This document shows, piece by piece, positions 26,701 through 40,600 of a stretch of DNA of 64,000 nucleotides (positions within the stretch are counted from its first letter, which is position 1; every line of letters begins with the position of its first letter). The translations under genes were made by a program, and so were the position numbers. The stretch is from Harriotta raleighana. Its lineage: Eukaryota. The stretch covers positions 787,751 to 851,750 of the forward strand of contig JBNZDD010013520.1 of assembly GCA_050575255.1 (NCBI GenBank), given 5' to 3'. Below the pieces are notes generated by a model. The model made no database searches and was not told the origin of the DNA. It saw only the letters and a program-made list of their open reading frames with translations.

Positions 26701-29700
26701 AGCAGTGAAATGGGATTCAAAAGATCTACTGTGATCTAATAAAATGATAGAACAGGTTTGACTAGGTGAATAGCCAACACTATTTTTCTAGGGCATATGC
26801 ATTCTTGTCAAAAATACCTGCTATTTCTATTAATAAACTACACAAGCTGTTGGGCCTATCTTAAGTGTACCGTCCGTGACTGCTCTCCGTTCATTGTTGT
26901 CTATTGTCCAATGGCACCAGTAGTTTAACCTTCAATGTTGCACGATTGCCTCTCCTGCACAGATTGGCGGATATCATGAATGGTCTCTGTAGCACCTTGA
27001 ATTTTGTTTTGCTGTTGTTCAAGAATAATAAAAGATTAGAAGTGAGATGTGTAGTGAATTTAACAGCTGTAAATTATATCAGATGCATGTTTCCTGGGTT
27101 CTCCGGTTAGTTGTCAGTTTACCAAATGTAAATGTCTGTAACAAGTGACTGCCATTGGCTGATATGGGCTGACATTGACTGGCAGAGGCTAACACTCCAT
27201 AGTCTGGATTTTAATTTTGAGCAATAAATTCATTTTAGTATCTATACGAAGCCTCAATATGAAACAGTAACCTATTCAACCCATTATTTATTGCACAAGA
27301 ACCATTGTTACTGTCAATAATTTATCCAAACAGTAAATTTCTGACCTTTCTAGCACAACTTTTCTCAAAAGAAGAAATTAATTTCCAATTTAATTCAATA
27401 CATTAGAAGAGCAAGCTTTTACAGTTATGTTTGTTGTCCTGGAATCTTAAGTGAGAAAATGAAGTAACATTGGTTATTAATAATCTATTGAAGCCCTTAT
27501 TGATATCAGATAATGTCATGAAGGCTGACAGGAATGAAGTTTGATTGTCGAATATGTTATGGCCAGGGGAGGAGGAGAAGTCGCAGTGTTATCGGTCAGA
27601 TAGACCATTGCTTTAACTCAAGGCAGATATTTCCCACCAATATCTTCTTCTGCACTGTTCAGTCAGTCAAGCAGCAAAAAATCAGCCAATGTTTCTACTT
27701 GATATGCAGTCAAATATTGGTTCATATAAAACCTAAGAGCAACATCTGAGAGAATCCTTCCCCCAATTCTGGTGGGCAGTCAGTGGTTAGTATTTACATT
27801 TGTCTCTGCTTTTGTTTTCTGAATATATGTAATAGAACTTAGTTCTCTGAATCACTCTATATCTTGTGAGCTGAGCTTTCCAGTTGAAAAGCTTTTCAAT
27901 GTCTGTTCTGTCTGCCAATTTTCTTTTTTCTCTCTGCCTCCCCGTGGTTTATTCCGATAAATACTTGACCTCGAAGTACATTTTGATGTGTGTAAGTGAG
28001 GATCCAGTAACTTGTTCTGTACCTGATCTGGCTCTTGGGGAAAGCACAGTAAAGGTGAGTTTGTTGATCTGTGACATTCGGGAATCTGTGAAGTGTAGGC
28101 TTTTGCCCCAGCGCATAGTGCTTGGTAATGTGTGCGCTCCCTCAATACACTGGTGGAGCAGTGAACTGGAGAAGTTGCGGGGGACAGAATTTGCGAACAC
28201 AGTGTGTTAAAGTAACGGGGGTGAAATTTATTTGTCAGTATTTTGGGCAAGTAACAGCCAGATATCTCTGTGTGATGCTACCAATGCAGCGAAAAGTTGT
28301 AGGATTGTAGCATGTACTGTAGCATTGTAGCACTGTAGCATTGTCATATTGTGTGCTCTGAGTCCTCTTAGAGGTTTGAGCACAACAGGACTAAAATTGC
28401 TTAACATGTGCGAGATCTCTGATTGCAGCAACATTCTTCATTGCAAGGTAACAGAAGGGCAACAGAAGCCTGAGATTCCACCTGATTTTAGCCTCTAAGA
28501 CCTTAAGTCTTTAAGTTGCAAGAATTTTTTGGGAGAACAGTTTGGAAGCTTTAAAGTTCTATGAAGGGAGCAGCTTCAAAATGAGAAGGTGAATGAATGA
28601 AGAGGTTTTCTACAATTCTACGCAGGCGTGTTTTAAAAACAAAGTAAGCTTCCAGACTAAGACTAGGTCGAACTTCAGGCTTTGTGAATGTGAACAGAAT
28701 GAGTTCACTAACCTCAGCACTTTGTTATGTAATCGCTTCCTTTCAATAAAGACTCTCCATCATAGCACTAACCTGGTTATGAGGCTGTGCCATTAGATCT
28801 CAATTTCCTTGTTTCACGTTGGATATTATGTTGCATTCACACACACAGTAAATTTTATTTGTGTAGCACCTTTCGAGTCGGGAGGACATCCAGATATGCA
28901 TCCTACTTGGCTTCAACAGAACAGTTAAGAAGAATCTCATACATTCAACAACAACTAATTTTGTTTGTATTGGGCCTTTCTGCCCTTTCACATCAGGCGG
29001 ATGCCCAAGGCCCTGGACAGTCAAGGATTTGCACCCGAGCTGGGGGTTGAGATGAGGGGAGGTGGTGAGCAGGGAGGGTGAGAGCGGTTTCACTTGCTCT
29101 ATCCAGTGCAGACCAGTGGTCAAGTGGGAATGGGGCATATGTTTAAGCAGAGAAAAACAGGGATTCCAAAAAATTCTCACGTTGAGCAATAAAAATAAAT
29201 GAAATCAAACCAAGTGAAATCCCCCTCTTTAATAACTTGGTAGATTATTTTCCGGGTGTACTACTACTAATGATAATAATCCTTGCATTTGATATAATGC
29301 TTTTCACGTCTTCTAGATGTCACAAAGTGCTTCACAGAATATACTGTACAGTAAATTGACTGCATGTATTGTTTATATATTCTCTTCAAATAAAATTGGC
29401 TGCAATTGGGCCCAGCAACATCCCATAAACAGCCATGGATTGAGTGCCCAATTCACTACCAAAATATACATTCAATTTACAGTATATTCTGGGTAGGCGC
29501 TTTGAGCCATCTTAGTGATGTGATCGGGGGCTATATCAAATACAAGTATTTTTTTCAAAGAAAAGACTTTAGCCCAAAAACAAAGCACAAAGGAAAAAGT
29601 TGAGTAGACTTGTGCCACTTATGTCTGAGTGTCTGTATTATGGAACTGGGGACAGTGAGCTGACTGAAGGAACATGTCACCGCTTTGTGTTTCTTTTTGT

Positions 29701-30096
29701 TTTACTTTCCTTTATTTCAGGCTAGAGCCCCAGCTAATCACACAAATAACCCCTTTGCCTCCTCAGGATACTGATGAGCTTTACAGTGTATACCATTGCT
29801 TTTGATCCAGTCACACAACATGTCAGCAGCAAAGTATCATCTAGATCATTTGGTAAGAGGATAATGCATTAACCACCGAGTGTTCCCTATATCTGTTAAC
29901 TTCATGTGTGTCCTAGTTCATTTAGAGCATTTTCTCGTTCAGTGTAAAACTATGTTCTGTAGTTGGTTATCATATGGCATTACTCACTGGCTTTAGCAAC
30001 TTTAAAACTGTGTTGATATTTAAAATCGTGTGATGAATTTATTAGTCAGAAATCAAATTTTCTGTTTTGTGTATCATAAACTTTCAAATTATTTCT

Positions 30097-30114
30097 AATA
30101 AAGTTGCTAATAAA
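30097..30114 (+). terminator. Tandem AATAAA poly(A) signals, probable NMNAT2 distal 3' end
   Basis: AATAAA at 30097 and 30109, U-rich upstream and GU-rich downstream sequence; implies a ~6.4 kb 3' UTR (inferred). Confidence 0.55.
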
Positions 30115-30231
30115 ATTCCTTGCTAAAAAAAAGCACTGAGTATGTTGAGTCGTTTTACAAAATGCAGGATTAGTGAGAGGCTCTGTTTTCTGACCTGACA
30201 CTTGAATGGATATAAAGTAATCCCTCCTCCT

Positions 30232-30751
30232 GAAAATTGGTCACTCAATCCACGATTGTTTGTGGTGTACTGCTCTGCACAATTGGCTGCCGCCTTTCTG
30301 CCACAAAATATACAACTAATTTACAATATATTCTGTGAAGCGCTTTAAGATGTCTCAGAGATGTGATAAGGCGCTATATCAAATGCAAGGGTTTTAGAGT
30401 CCTGTAGCTCAGTGGTTAGCACCTTGCAAGCGAGAGACCTGGTTTGATTCTAGGCAAGGCGAAACCTTNGTTTTAGAGTCTTGTAGCTCAGTGGTTAGCA
30501 CCTTGCAAGCGAGAGACCTGGTTTGATTCTAGGCAAGGCGAAACCTTGGACAAGTTTCCTTACTCTACAAGCCTGATAATAATCCCTCAAGAAAAAAACA
30601 ATAATAATTTTGTCATATCAATCCACAATTCATTGCTACGATTCGCCCCCAAATATACAGTCAATTCATTTTACAGTATATTCTGTGAAGATCTTAAGAA
30701 GCCTAGAAGACATGAAAAGTGTTATATCAAATGCAAGGATTATTATTATTA
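30232..30751 (+). mobile_element. Two tandem tRNA-derived SINEs (truncated copy followed by full copy whose head is duplicated across an N)
   Basis: Two successive ATCAAATGCAAGG tails; head GAGTCCTGTAGCTCAGTGGTTAG. Confidence 0.82.
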
Positions 30752-32027
30752 GTATGAAGTGTTTCTTTACCCTGAGAGTAATTAGCACTAGGGAATCTGG
30801 TTTACCAGGAAGGGTGGCTAAAATAGATCATTCAATCCATCGTGTCAGTGCTAACTCTCTGAAGGGGCTATCCAATTAATCCCACTCCACCGGCATTTCC
30901 CCATAACATTGCAATATTTTTCTTTACAAGTAAATATCCAATTCCCTTTAGAAAGTTCGTATTGTATCTGCTGTTATTTATAGAGATCTGACTTTTAAAA
31001 TATTAAGCTAACAAAACCAGTAAAAACAATATCTCTCATAACATACCAGTCTGATTTCAACCACATGGGCTGGTTTTCACCAACTCTTTAATACCATTCT
31101 GCTCCGTGTGCTGGGTTAGTATAACCACTCCATTGGTGTGGCAAGCAGTTCATCATTTCACATCTTTGTAAATCCGAACATAATAATGATTAATAATGGG
31201 GGGAGTGGAGAGGGGTTGCTTCCTAGGTGTCTAGGAACAGAAGTAGGCCATTCCACCATTTTATTAGATCATAAATGCCAGCATAACAAAACAGCAACAA
31301 CAAATTATATTTATTTAGTGCCTTTCACGTCAGGAGGAAGTGTGGATTGAGTGTTTATTTTTGTTGCTTTTGTCAAAGTCTTTAAAAACTTGCTCTTGCC
31401 TACAGTGCTCAGCACTGAGCTGTTGCGAAAAGACAATAGGAATGCAGTGAGAGGCATGTTTGCTTAATATGTGCTCTGCAAGTTAAATTAACACTATTAC
31501 ACCATTGAGATACCATGGCAATTGCATGTCACTAGTGGCAAATGAAAGTAAATGCCCCCCACACTATGGAACTCCATCCTGCAGTCCCTCGGAGGGCCTT
31601 CCTTCCTCCCTTCCCTCTTTCAAGGCCGGTCTCAAGACCTTCCTCTTTGACCGCACTTTTGACTCCTCCTTAACTATTCCCCCTCTCCCACTTTCCTTCC
31701 CGTTCCCCCTACTCCCCCCCGCCCCCCTCCCCCCCCCTCTGCTCAGGTCCCAACCTGACTGTTTAGCGCTTTGGGAGTCCTCACAACTAACCACACAGTT
31801 CATTTCACTTTAAGCAGCTCTAAATCAATTGATCATCAGAGGAGTTAGAGTGACCTGCATGTACTATACAGAAGCTTCCTTTTATGCTTGTTAAGATAGA
31901 CATGCTTCAAAGATGAGTTTTGTTTTCTGTGTACATTCAGGGTGTAATACAGAGGGAGTTTTTCCCCACAGGTTAGTGAAAATGTAGAGAATTCTTCTAA
32001 AAAGGTTTCCTTTTTTTAAAAAAAATC

Positions 32028-32033
32028 TTTATT
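32028..32033 (-). terminator. AATAAA poly(A) signal, probable LAMC2 3' end
   Basis: TTTATT on +, ~2.35 kb past the LAMC2 stop, with U-rich flanks on the minus strand. Confidence 0.55.
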
Positions 32034-34376
32034 GAAATAGTACATCTGAATTATTTTTTAATAAACAGAACAACAGACGCAGATGAATAAAATTCAAGTA
32101 TTTCATGGTGAAGTCTTTGGAAAGCATGGGAATTAATACTGAAATGTCTAAATAAAGTACACCAGTTCTCGTTGCAGAAACACATTGTAATTAGGATCAG
32201 CAGTGCAAAATACACCCGTTTGATGCTTCATTAGTTTCGGCGTGTTACTAACTAAGTTATATATACACCCAATAATTAGTTAAGTTACAGTCAATGCTTT
32301 TAACACAGTGGCGAGGCATTATTTTAAGGGGAACCCTCTTTAACACTGGGCAATAAGCATTAGCGCACAGATGCATCATGCTTAGATGCCTCTGTACAGA
32401 TGTTAGTATGATCACCGGATATGATGGTGCTGTTTGGCTCTTGAGAGATTTAGATATTTTTTGTTTGGCAAAATACAACTGCTAACTACCATGGGTGTAA
32501 AGACAGCCCCCTTAAAAACCTTCGGAGTGTCCAGCTCCCAGACCTGCCATATCCAAACTCTTTCTCTTACCTACAAATAAAACAAGTTTAGTAATTGTGT
32601 AAAATACTTAACTGTGCATTTCAAAATAAATAAGCTAAGATATCAAAACTGCCAGGAACTGATTACAGTATCTCATGTTGAACTGTGACCAAAAAGTGTT
32701 CAAATGACTTGATTTTAATAGAAATAGAACTTCAATGGGGAATAAATGACTGCAGTCTTTCCAGACAAAGTACAGGTATGTAATGGGTAAAAATTCTCAC
32801 AGACACACTAAGCTCACATACACACTTGCATACAATGGTCTCCGGTATGAAACTATGGGGGAATGAGCCATACGCGCACCCATGTAGGAAAATTTCTTCT
32901 GGTGTCCTGGCCAATGATGTCCCCCGTGTAAAAATCATTGACTTTTGTTTTTTCCGAGGGCTTATAATCAGGCAGGTGGAGTAAGAAAACTTGTCCAAGG
33001 TTTTGTCCTCCTGGAATCTAATCCAGGTCTCTTGCTTGCCAGGCAAGTGTTCTAACCACTGAGCCAAAGGACTTCACAAAATCTGTTTGGAAATCAAATG
33101 AGATTAACTATCGAGTGGCCCAGTTTTCTATTTGCCCCTAGTATGAGGCTGAATGTAAGATTGCCAAAGGCATAATGGCTCAATGAAGTGACCACACACA
33201 GAGCATAGCAAGCATTAATCTCAAGTACCCACCCTTCCTCCCTGCTACCCCTCCATTTCATCCTCTCTCTCTCACTTTAAATTCCAACTAAAAAAAACTC
33301 TTTGACATCCCACCCACCCATCCCCCCCACACACACATACACCAACACCATCCCTTGTGCTCCAAGACATACTGTGTATAAAATTGTTGTAATCTCATGT
33401 AACATTTTTCGTGAAGTTATTCTAACAATGGTGATTTTAGTCTATCATTAACTAGTGTACTGATTGCATTTCCAATTCAATGTGGAATGGGGTTCTGTTT
33501 TACAGGGCATCGATATCCAATATTAAACAGGATACTACAGCCTGCACCCATCTAAAGGCCTTAAGACTTTCAACGTCTTGCACAAAACTGAAATGTGAGG
33601 TAAAAAAGTGAAACCAATGAAACTGATCGATTTAAATTGATTGATCTATATTTAGCAACGCTTGAAATAAGACCTGTTTGATGGCTGAGACTTGTGTCAC
33701 TGAAATCATGATCTTATTGCTAGACAGACGAGGTAACAACAATTAGAAATTATCCCAATTTAGGATCAATTTCATCTCACAAAGGTATCACCAACATGTA
33801 CTACATTGGGATGTCAAAGGCGCATAGGAATTTCTTAAAGGGGAAGCGCCCTTTTGAAATCCTCAAACCCTCTTTGGGGCAAACTTTAACTTGTGTTGGC
33901 ATAGAGTGATCTGAGAAGCAAGGATAATGTAAGTTCTTTTATCTCTTGCTCCCCAGTTCGGGTGGTGAATGCTGCTAAATGTTGGCTTCAGCTAAGGTAC
34001 AATGTGAGACTTCACAATACTATGAAGAATAAATAACACGTGATATTAAGTAGCGAATTAATTAATTGGGGGGTTAGCTTGGTATCTGACAATTGTAGAA
34101 ACCCATCACCATGCTTTAAAGTCTCTAAACCAAACTGAGACTTCCACATATGTGAACCAACTGACACAACAGTTTTCTGCTCCCAAATTCATATGTTAAA
34201 CAAACGTTTGGTGAGGCTGAAAGTTTCCGTCTCCTTTTTCCTACGCCCCTGGTGCCTGAGTTGTTGAAATCAAAAACCCAGCGAGGTGACAATAACATAA
34301 TATAATGGATTAAATAAAGGAATCTTTTCATATTAGAATGCACAAAAGGCAGCTTAGGTCAGAGTCCAACAAAAAA

Positions 34377-34630
34377 TTATTGCTTTTCAATGGCTGCAGC
34401 GTTGAAACATCCTTCGGGTAAAGTATTTATGATATCTTCTAGGTTTTTAATATCTCCAAGGATGTCCTTGATGTCTCTGTCAAAGGCTGCGATTGTGTCT
34501 GACTGGGCCGTGGCTGCTTGCTCCAGTTCCTTCACTTTCAGCTTTAGCCCGTTGTTCAATTGCTTCTTAGCACGCTCCAGTGTTTCCTCAACAGCTATCA
34601 GTCTGTCCTCGTTAATCGGAATGGGGTTGT
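34377..34630 (-). CDS. LAMC2: LAMC2 exon 23, last coding part (...[25 protein letters not shown])
   Basis: ttacag| acceptor, TAA stop; canonical gamma-chain C-terminus with Glu third from the end. Confidence 0.94.
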
Positions 34631-37600
34631 CTGTAAACAAAATGTGTTTCAAAGGGTTTTTAAAGGGTAGGAGGGAGGGTGGTTATTGTTTAATTCACAT
34701 GGGAGGTTCCAGAAGAAGGTTTTCCTGTCTACGTGTCTTGTCGCTCCACAAAGCTTACCTGACCATCCTCCCATTGCAGCATTGAGTTTTTTTTAAATGA
34801 ATCCAACATCCTGGCCTCAACCACCCTTCCAACTCTTAATTTGTCCACAAACTACACAGTCAATCCACTTTACGGTATATCTTCAAGATATGATAAGGCG
34901 CTATATCAAACGCAAGAATTATTATTATCATGTTTGCTTATCCGCTATGTAAATGTCTGTCTTGAAATTGCTACTGATAATCTCTTGTATTATCATATCC
35001 AAGAGAATTATAGCTTTACTTTCTCATTTTATGTAACATTTATAAAGTCCTCTCCAAGATGTCTCTATTCAGTGCTGAAAAGCCTTGGCTTATCTAGTTG
35101 TATCTCATAATGTTTACTGGCCAGGTCGCTGTCAGTGGTGCCCAGGCTGTAATATAATGTAATGTAACGGCTGTAATGTAATGGCTGTAATGTAACGGCT
35201 GTAATGACCTTTTACTGGTGCACCTTTCATTCATGTGATAATCTACAAGCAGTTGATATGCACAAGACAATCTTTAGTCTTTACATTTTCAGACTTGCTA
35301 AGATCTAAGCCCTACTTACCCAGAGATAGCAGCATTTGGTTTATCACGTCTGTTGCATTGCTCACAGCGTCCTGAGCGTTGGCTGTGTTACCGAATGCTT
35401 TGTCTATGGCTTCTGTGATCTACAATCGAAACAAAACCCATGAGTAAACGCAAGGCAAAGTGATAAGACAGGGAATGTTCCAAGTCTCTTGCAAAACCAT
35501 CTTCCTCCCCTCTCTCCCTTCTCCTGGGTGTATTAGAATTGCAATGAGCAGATAATTTCCCATTCATTTTGCCTAATTTTCATTTTTCTAACCGCCCCCC
35601 ACCTCCTCAAACCCCTATCGTCTTTCAAAGTCCACCTCAAGTCTTATACCTCTTTCACCACCTGTTTGGTCATCTTTCCCATTTCCCTTCCCAACATTTT
35701 CTTGTTTTTTTTGTTGCCACTAAACCTGAGACTCTGGACCTCACTGCCTCAATCCCTCTGCCTTGTCCATCTTCAGATCACACCTGAACACCAGCTTCTT
35801 TGACTGTATCTTTAGTTACCTCCTTTGTCTCCCTGGCTCAGCATCAAGCTGACACAGTTAAGTGCTCTGAGATTTAATATCTGTTACAGCTTCCAGTGCG
35901 ACTTATCATGGCCCCAGTCCAGCTACAATTACTAGAACCAGAACTGGTCACAGAAGCGAGTCATTTGTCCATTTAAGTCTTAGACAGAATAATAAGTCAA
36001 TATTCGTTCCTTCAAGAGATGTCATTGATATTTGGTATTTACCACTCTTTACCCTCACATAAAATTTTCCTTCACAGGTGTTCAATGTTGCAACACACAA
36101 ATAAATGAATGTCAATATCCACCAGTTTCGCCATCATCTCTCTATCTCTCGCTCTGTCTCTCTTCTTTACTCTGAGACCAGTTCCTCAATGGCTTAGAGC
36201 TCCATAATTTGAGGGGTGGGAGGATAAGGAAATGTCCTCTCCATCCCAAACATTTCTGTAATTCATGCAGGTAGCATCAATATAAAAAATCTCACCTGGT
36301 GAGCATTCTTTGTATCACGATCCACTAATTTCCGCTTATTCTCCACACCGGTCTCTAGGCCCTTTAACTGATATTCCATGTTAATCATGTCACTTGTCAG
36401 TGAGTTGGCATCATTCAGAGCAATTGTTGCATCATCTAAAGCTTTGACAGCATTCTGGTGAGAGGGAGTGAAAGAGGAACATCAGGTCATGTTTTAAGAT
36501 CACATCAATTTCTCCTCAGAGTGAGGAGCTAAAACATGCTGTGGCATATCCATTGGTCTTTTGTGTCTGTACCTGAGAGTGCAGAAGAGCAGCAAGCTAA
36601 TTCTTTGACCTGATGGGTACCTGTTTGGCCTCTACCCGTGCCACGCACTAACCAACCCACCATAGACAGTTGGATTCCAGCTGCTTTCCCTCACCTCTTT
36701 CAAGGTCAGTCTCACGACCTTCCTTTTTGACTAAGTCTTCAGTTATTACTCAGCTCCCCATCCTACTTTGGCTCCCACCCCTAGTTTGGTTGCCCAGCCC
36801 ATCCTGCCAACATGAATGGCACAATATAATTTGCATTATGCAGTCACACTCCTGATGTTAATTGATTTCAAAACAACCGGGCAAGGAATGGGCAGAGGAG
36901 CCTTCATCATGTGAACCAATCTAGTGAACATCTGATTGTATCTAATGGAATTGCAAATCAATAACAAATAATGTGATCATACCTTCAAAACCTTATCTGC
37001 CATGGAATCTGCCAATTTGGCATTTTCCTTAGCAGTATTGGCAGTGTTCACTGCATTGCCCAGAGTGTCCTTTGCCTGTTTGGTCTTCGAGTTGGCCAGG
37101 TCGATGGTTCTGCTGATCCCAGGGATTTTTTTCAAGGCATCTTCAGCAGCTGTCTTATTACCTAGCATCCGCCCGTTAAAACCTGCAACTGCAATGCAAC
37201 CATACAGACAGTTAAATCAAGGCTGGTCTTTCTACATAAAATAATTCAGTGGCTTAACTAATGAGTTTTAATAAAGTTAATCAGCATAATGGCACGATTA
37301 AATAGTGAAGAATTTCTTTATTCAGCTACAGGGAGCGGTTAGTCAGTGATTTGGTCTGTGAGTCAATTACAGGGGTCAATCTGTCTGTCAATCAATATAG
37401 GAGTAAACAGTGGCTCCAGCCAAAATGACCCCCATAGGTAGATTGAGGGAATTCTGGTGCGTCAGGGTAACACATCACAAGTTGCCATAAGGAACAGTGT
37501 TAAACATTATTGACATTACACTCCAGCTCAAAGCAGTTTCTTGCTGTAATCTCAATTCAGCCTTCATAAATTTAACAAAAGGAAGCTCTGAGCTCAAAAA

Positions 37601-40600
37601 ATTCAGTCCGCGGAACCTGCCCCTTGCATAGACAGTGTACAACTCAGTCTGTTATCAATTGCAGTGCCACTTATTGAATACAGTAACCACCCACTTAAGT
37701 TCCACCACCAGCCAGCTATCTAAGGTAAGCAACAGCACGGCCTTCAATCGTGTTATTGGGAAAACACAAAGAACAACATGAACAACAGCAACAATATTAA
37801 CAACAAACCGTTTAAGTTGTTCAGAAGTCGTTCAATTTCCTCCAGGGTAGCTGCCCCATTTGTGACCGCAGCATCAGCCAGATCCTGGGCAGCCTTAGCA
37901 CGAGCTAGCAACATATCAGCAGTCTGCAAAGCATAGAGGAGGTCAGATGCTTGTAATAATAATCCTTGCATTTCATATAATGCCTTATCACATCATTGAG
38001 ATAATAATAATCCTTGCATTTGATATAGCGCCTTTCATGTCTTTTAGATGTCTCAAAGCACTTCGCAGCATATAGAGTAAAGTGAATTCCCTGTATACGT
38101 GGGCAAAATACGGCAGGCAATTGCACACAGCAGTGTCCCACAAACAGTCGTGGATTGAAATGACCAATTTATTATTGGTTTTTTTTGAGGGCTTATTATT
38201 AGGCTTGTGGAGTAAAGAAAGATGTTTTAAAGCGCTTCACAGAATATATTGTAAAGTGAATTGACTGCATATTTTCTGGACAAAATTGTACCAAACCTGA
38301 AAGACGCACAGGGTAAATAAAAAGGAGACATTTGAGCCACAAACTTGATTAGATTTCATCAAATCATTTAATCTCTCCTCCCTTTATCCATACCCCTTAA
38401 TATCTCTACTATCCAAGTATCTGTCTATCTTTCATTTAACCATCCAAACACCATAAATATAACATGCTTTCAATACCGGAGCCCAGGCAAAAGGAGCAAA
38501 GACATGGTAATATTAATGGGCCGCAGTGGATAAAGACACTGCTATTGCAGGTTTAAATCTGAAGTGCAAAGTATGAAACCCTGACCTGTGTCAAATTGGC
38601 ATATCAGACAGGGCAGCAATTTGGGGGCATAGGAATTAGTCTCAGTTCCCTCAATCATGGGCTAGAGGCCATTCGTGGAAGGTAGACAAGGAATAGATGA
38701 AATGTGGCTACTTGGACATTTCAGGTAAACTCATCCCCATCAACCTTTTTGGATGTCACAAACCAAAGATTCCAAAATATGGAAATAGGCCACTTGGCCC
38801 AACCAGTCTGTGACATTGTTTATAAACTCTACATGAGTATTCAGTCATTTCTTACTCCCTCCCATACCCCTCAACTCCCCTTCAGCATGTGAAGTTCTGG
38901 CTCCTTCTTGAATGCATCTACCCTAACTGAAGAAAAATCTCACCATCTGATCAATTTTTCCTTTTTCTAAAAGTTTTCTGATGATATCTTGATATTCATA
39001 AAATTTATTCTGTTGCCTCTCATAGTCTTGAAACTTTCCGTTTAGATCAAGCGTGATGCCAGTTTGTTTGATCTCAAGACTATTTGCCTTTTCCTGAAAA
39101 AGAGAGTAGGGTGTGGGGCAGAATGGGGGGAGAGAAAAAGAAGAAATTTTTCATTTGTTTTATCCTCTCACATATTTCTTTCTAAATACTGCAATATATT
39201 TTTTAAAACATTTGATTTATCTAAACATTCTCAGAAAGTAAAACAATTAAATACCCATTTCCATCTTAGATGTAGGATACTTTGGGTTGGGGTCAGTAAA
39301 TATTAAAATAGTGATCGTATTTGATACAGCACTTCTAATGTCGTCAAAGCACATTGCAAGATTTTGTAATAATAATAATCCTTGAATGTGATATAGCGCT
39401 TTATCACAACGTTGAGATACCTCAAAATGAATCGCAGGACAAACTAAAGAGAAGTCAATGTATGTATTTTGTGTGAGAATATGGCAGACAGCCAATTTGC
39501 ATACAACAAAGTCCCACAAACAGCTTTTGAGCGAGTGACCAGTTTTATTTAGTAGAATTGTTGGTTAGGACACTGTGAAAAACTTTCCTTTTCGAATAAC
39601 GCCATGGGATCTTTATTGTTACCCAGATAGGCTGATATGACCTTGGTTATTGTTGTGACTGAAGAACAGCATCTCTGACAATGCAGCTCATTTGAACACT
39701 GCACTGGAGTAAGATGTGTAGTGAATGTGAGGGCATTTGTGCAGAAATTCCCTAAAGGAGATAGTGTAAATCAAAGTATTCTTAGGAAAAGGTGAGTGAC
39801 TCCATCTGTTCCCTAAGTTCCATGACCTATTGAGGCTCATTGAATGTTTGCAGTAACACCCCCACCCACCTGAACACACAGACCTGCCATGCAATGCAAT
39901 ACACTACTTACAGTCAGAGAAGTTATATCAATCAAAGACAAGTTGTTCAGTTCACTGAGGATCTGCGAGGCCCTGTCACTAGACTTCTTTGATTTGGAGT
40001 TTAATGTGTCATCTTGTTCTTCGAGATCTTTTAACATGTCATCGTTTTCATCAAACCTGGCAAAGCAATGATGGTTAGAGAAACAGATACACAAAAATAC
40101 AGTTTTCTTTGTAAGGGCATCAGGTGAAATGTCAACTTTCGTTGATTGCAACTTGTCAAATCCTTCACTCTGAAACAGCTGGTGTTCAGTATGTACCCAC
40201 TTTGTCTTTTGTATCGACTGAATTCAAACCCAGGTCCCAGGTTGTTTGAAGCTACAGTCGCAACCCAATCCCCATTAAGCTATAATTATTCCCCACTCCC
40301 ACAGATATAATCATTAATAAACCTTGCATTTGATGTAGCGCCTTATCACATCATTGAGATGACTCAAAGCGCATCACAAAATTTATTGTAAAGTGGATTG
40401 ACTGTATATTTTGTGGCTGAAATGCAGTAGCCAATTGCGCTCTTTGTTTAAGAAAAATATAATTGATCTTTAGATGAAAACTTGACAACGTTTTGGAAAG
40501 CACTTCACAGCAATTAAAGGACTTTGAGACTTTCTCTAAGGTAAAATAAATAAGTGCAAGTTGCTGTCTCTCCAAGCATGGAGAGAATGGTCATGATGTG

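Noticed and set aside
32060-32091. Plus-strand AATAAA hexamers suggesting overlapping NMNAT2/LAMC2 3' ends
   Set aside because: They are better explained as U-rich upstream elements of the LAMC2 site in AT-rich sequence; a stronger NMNAT2 candidate lies at 30097-30114.
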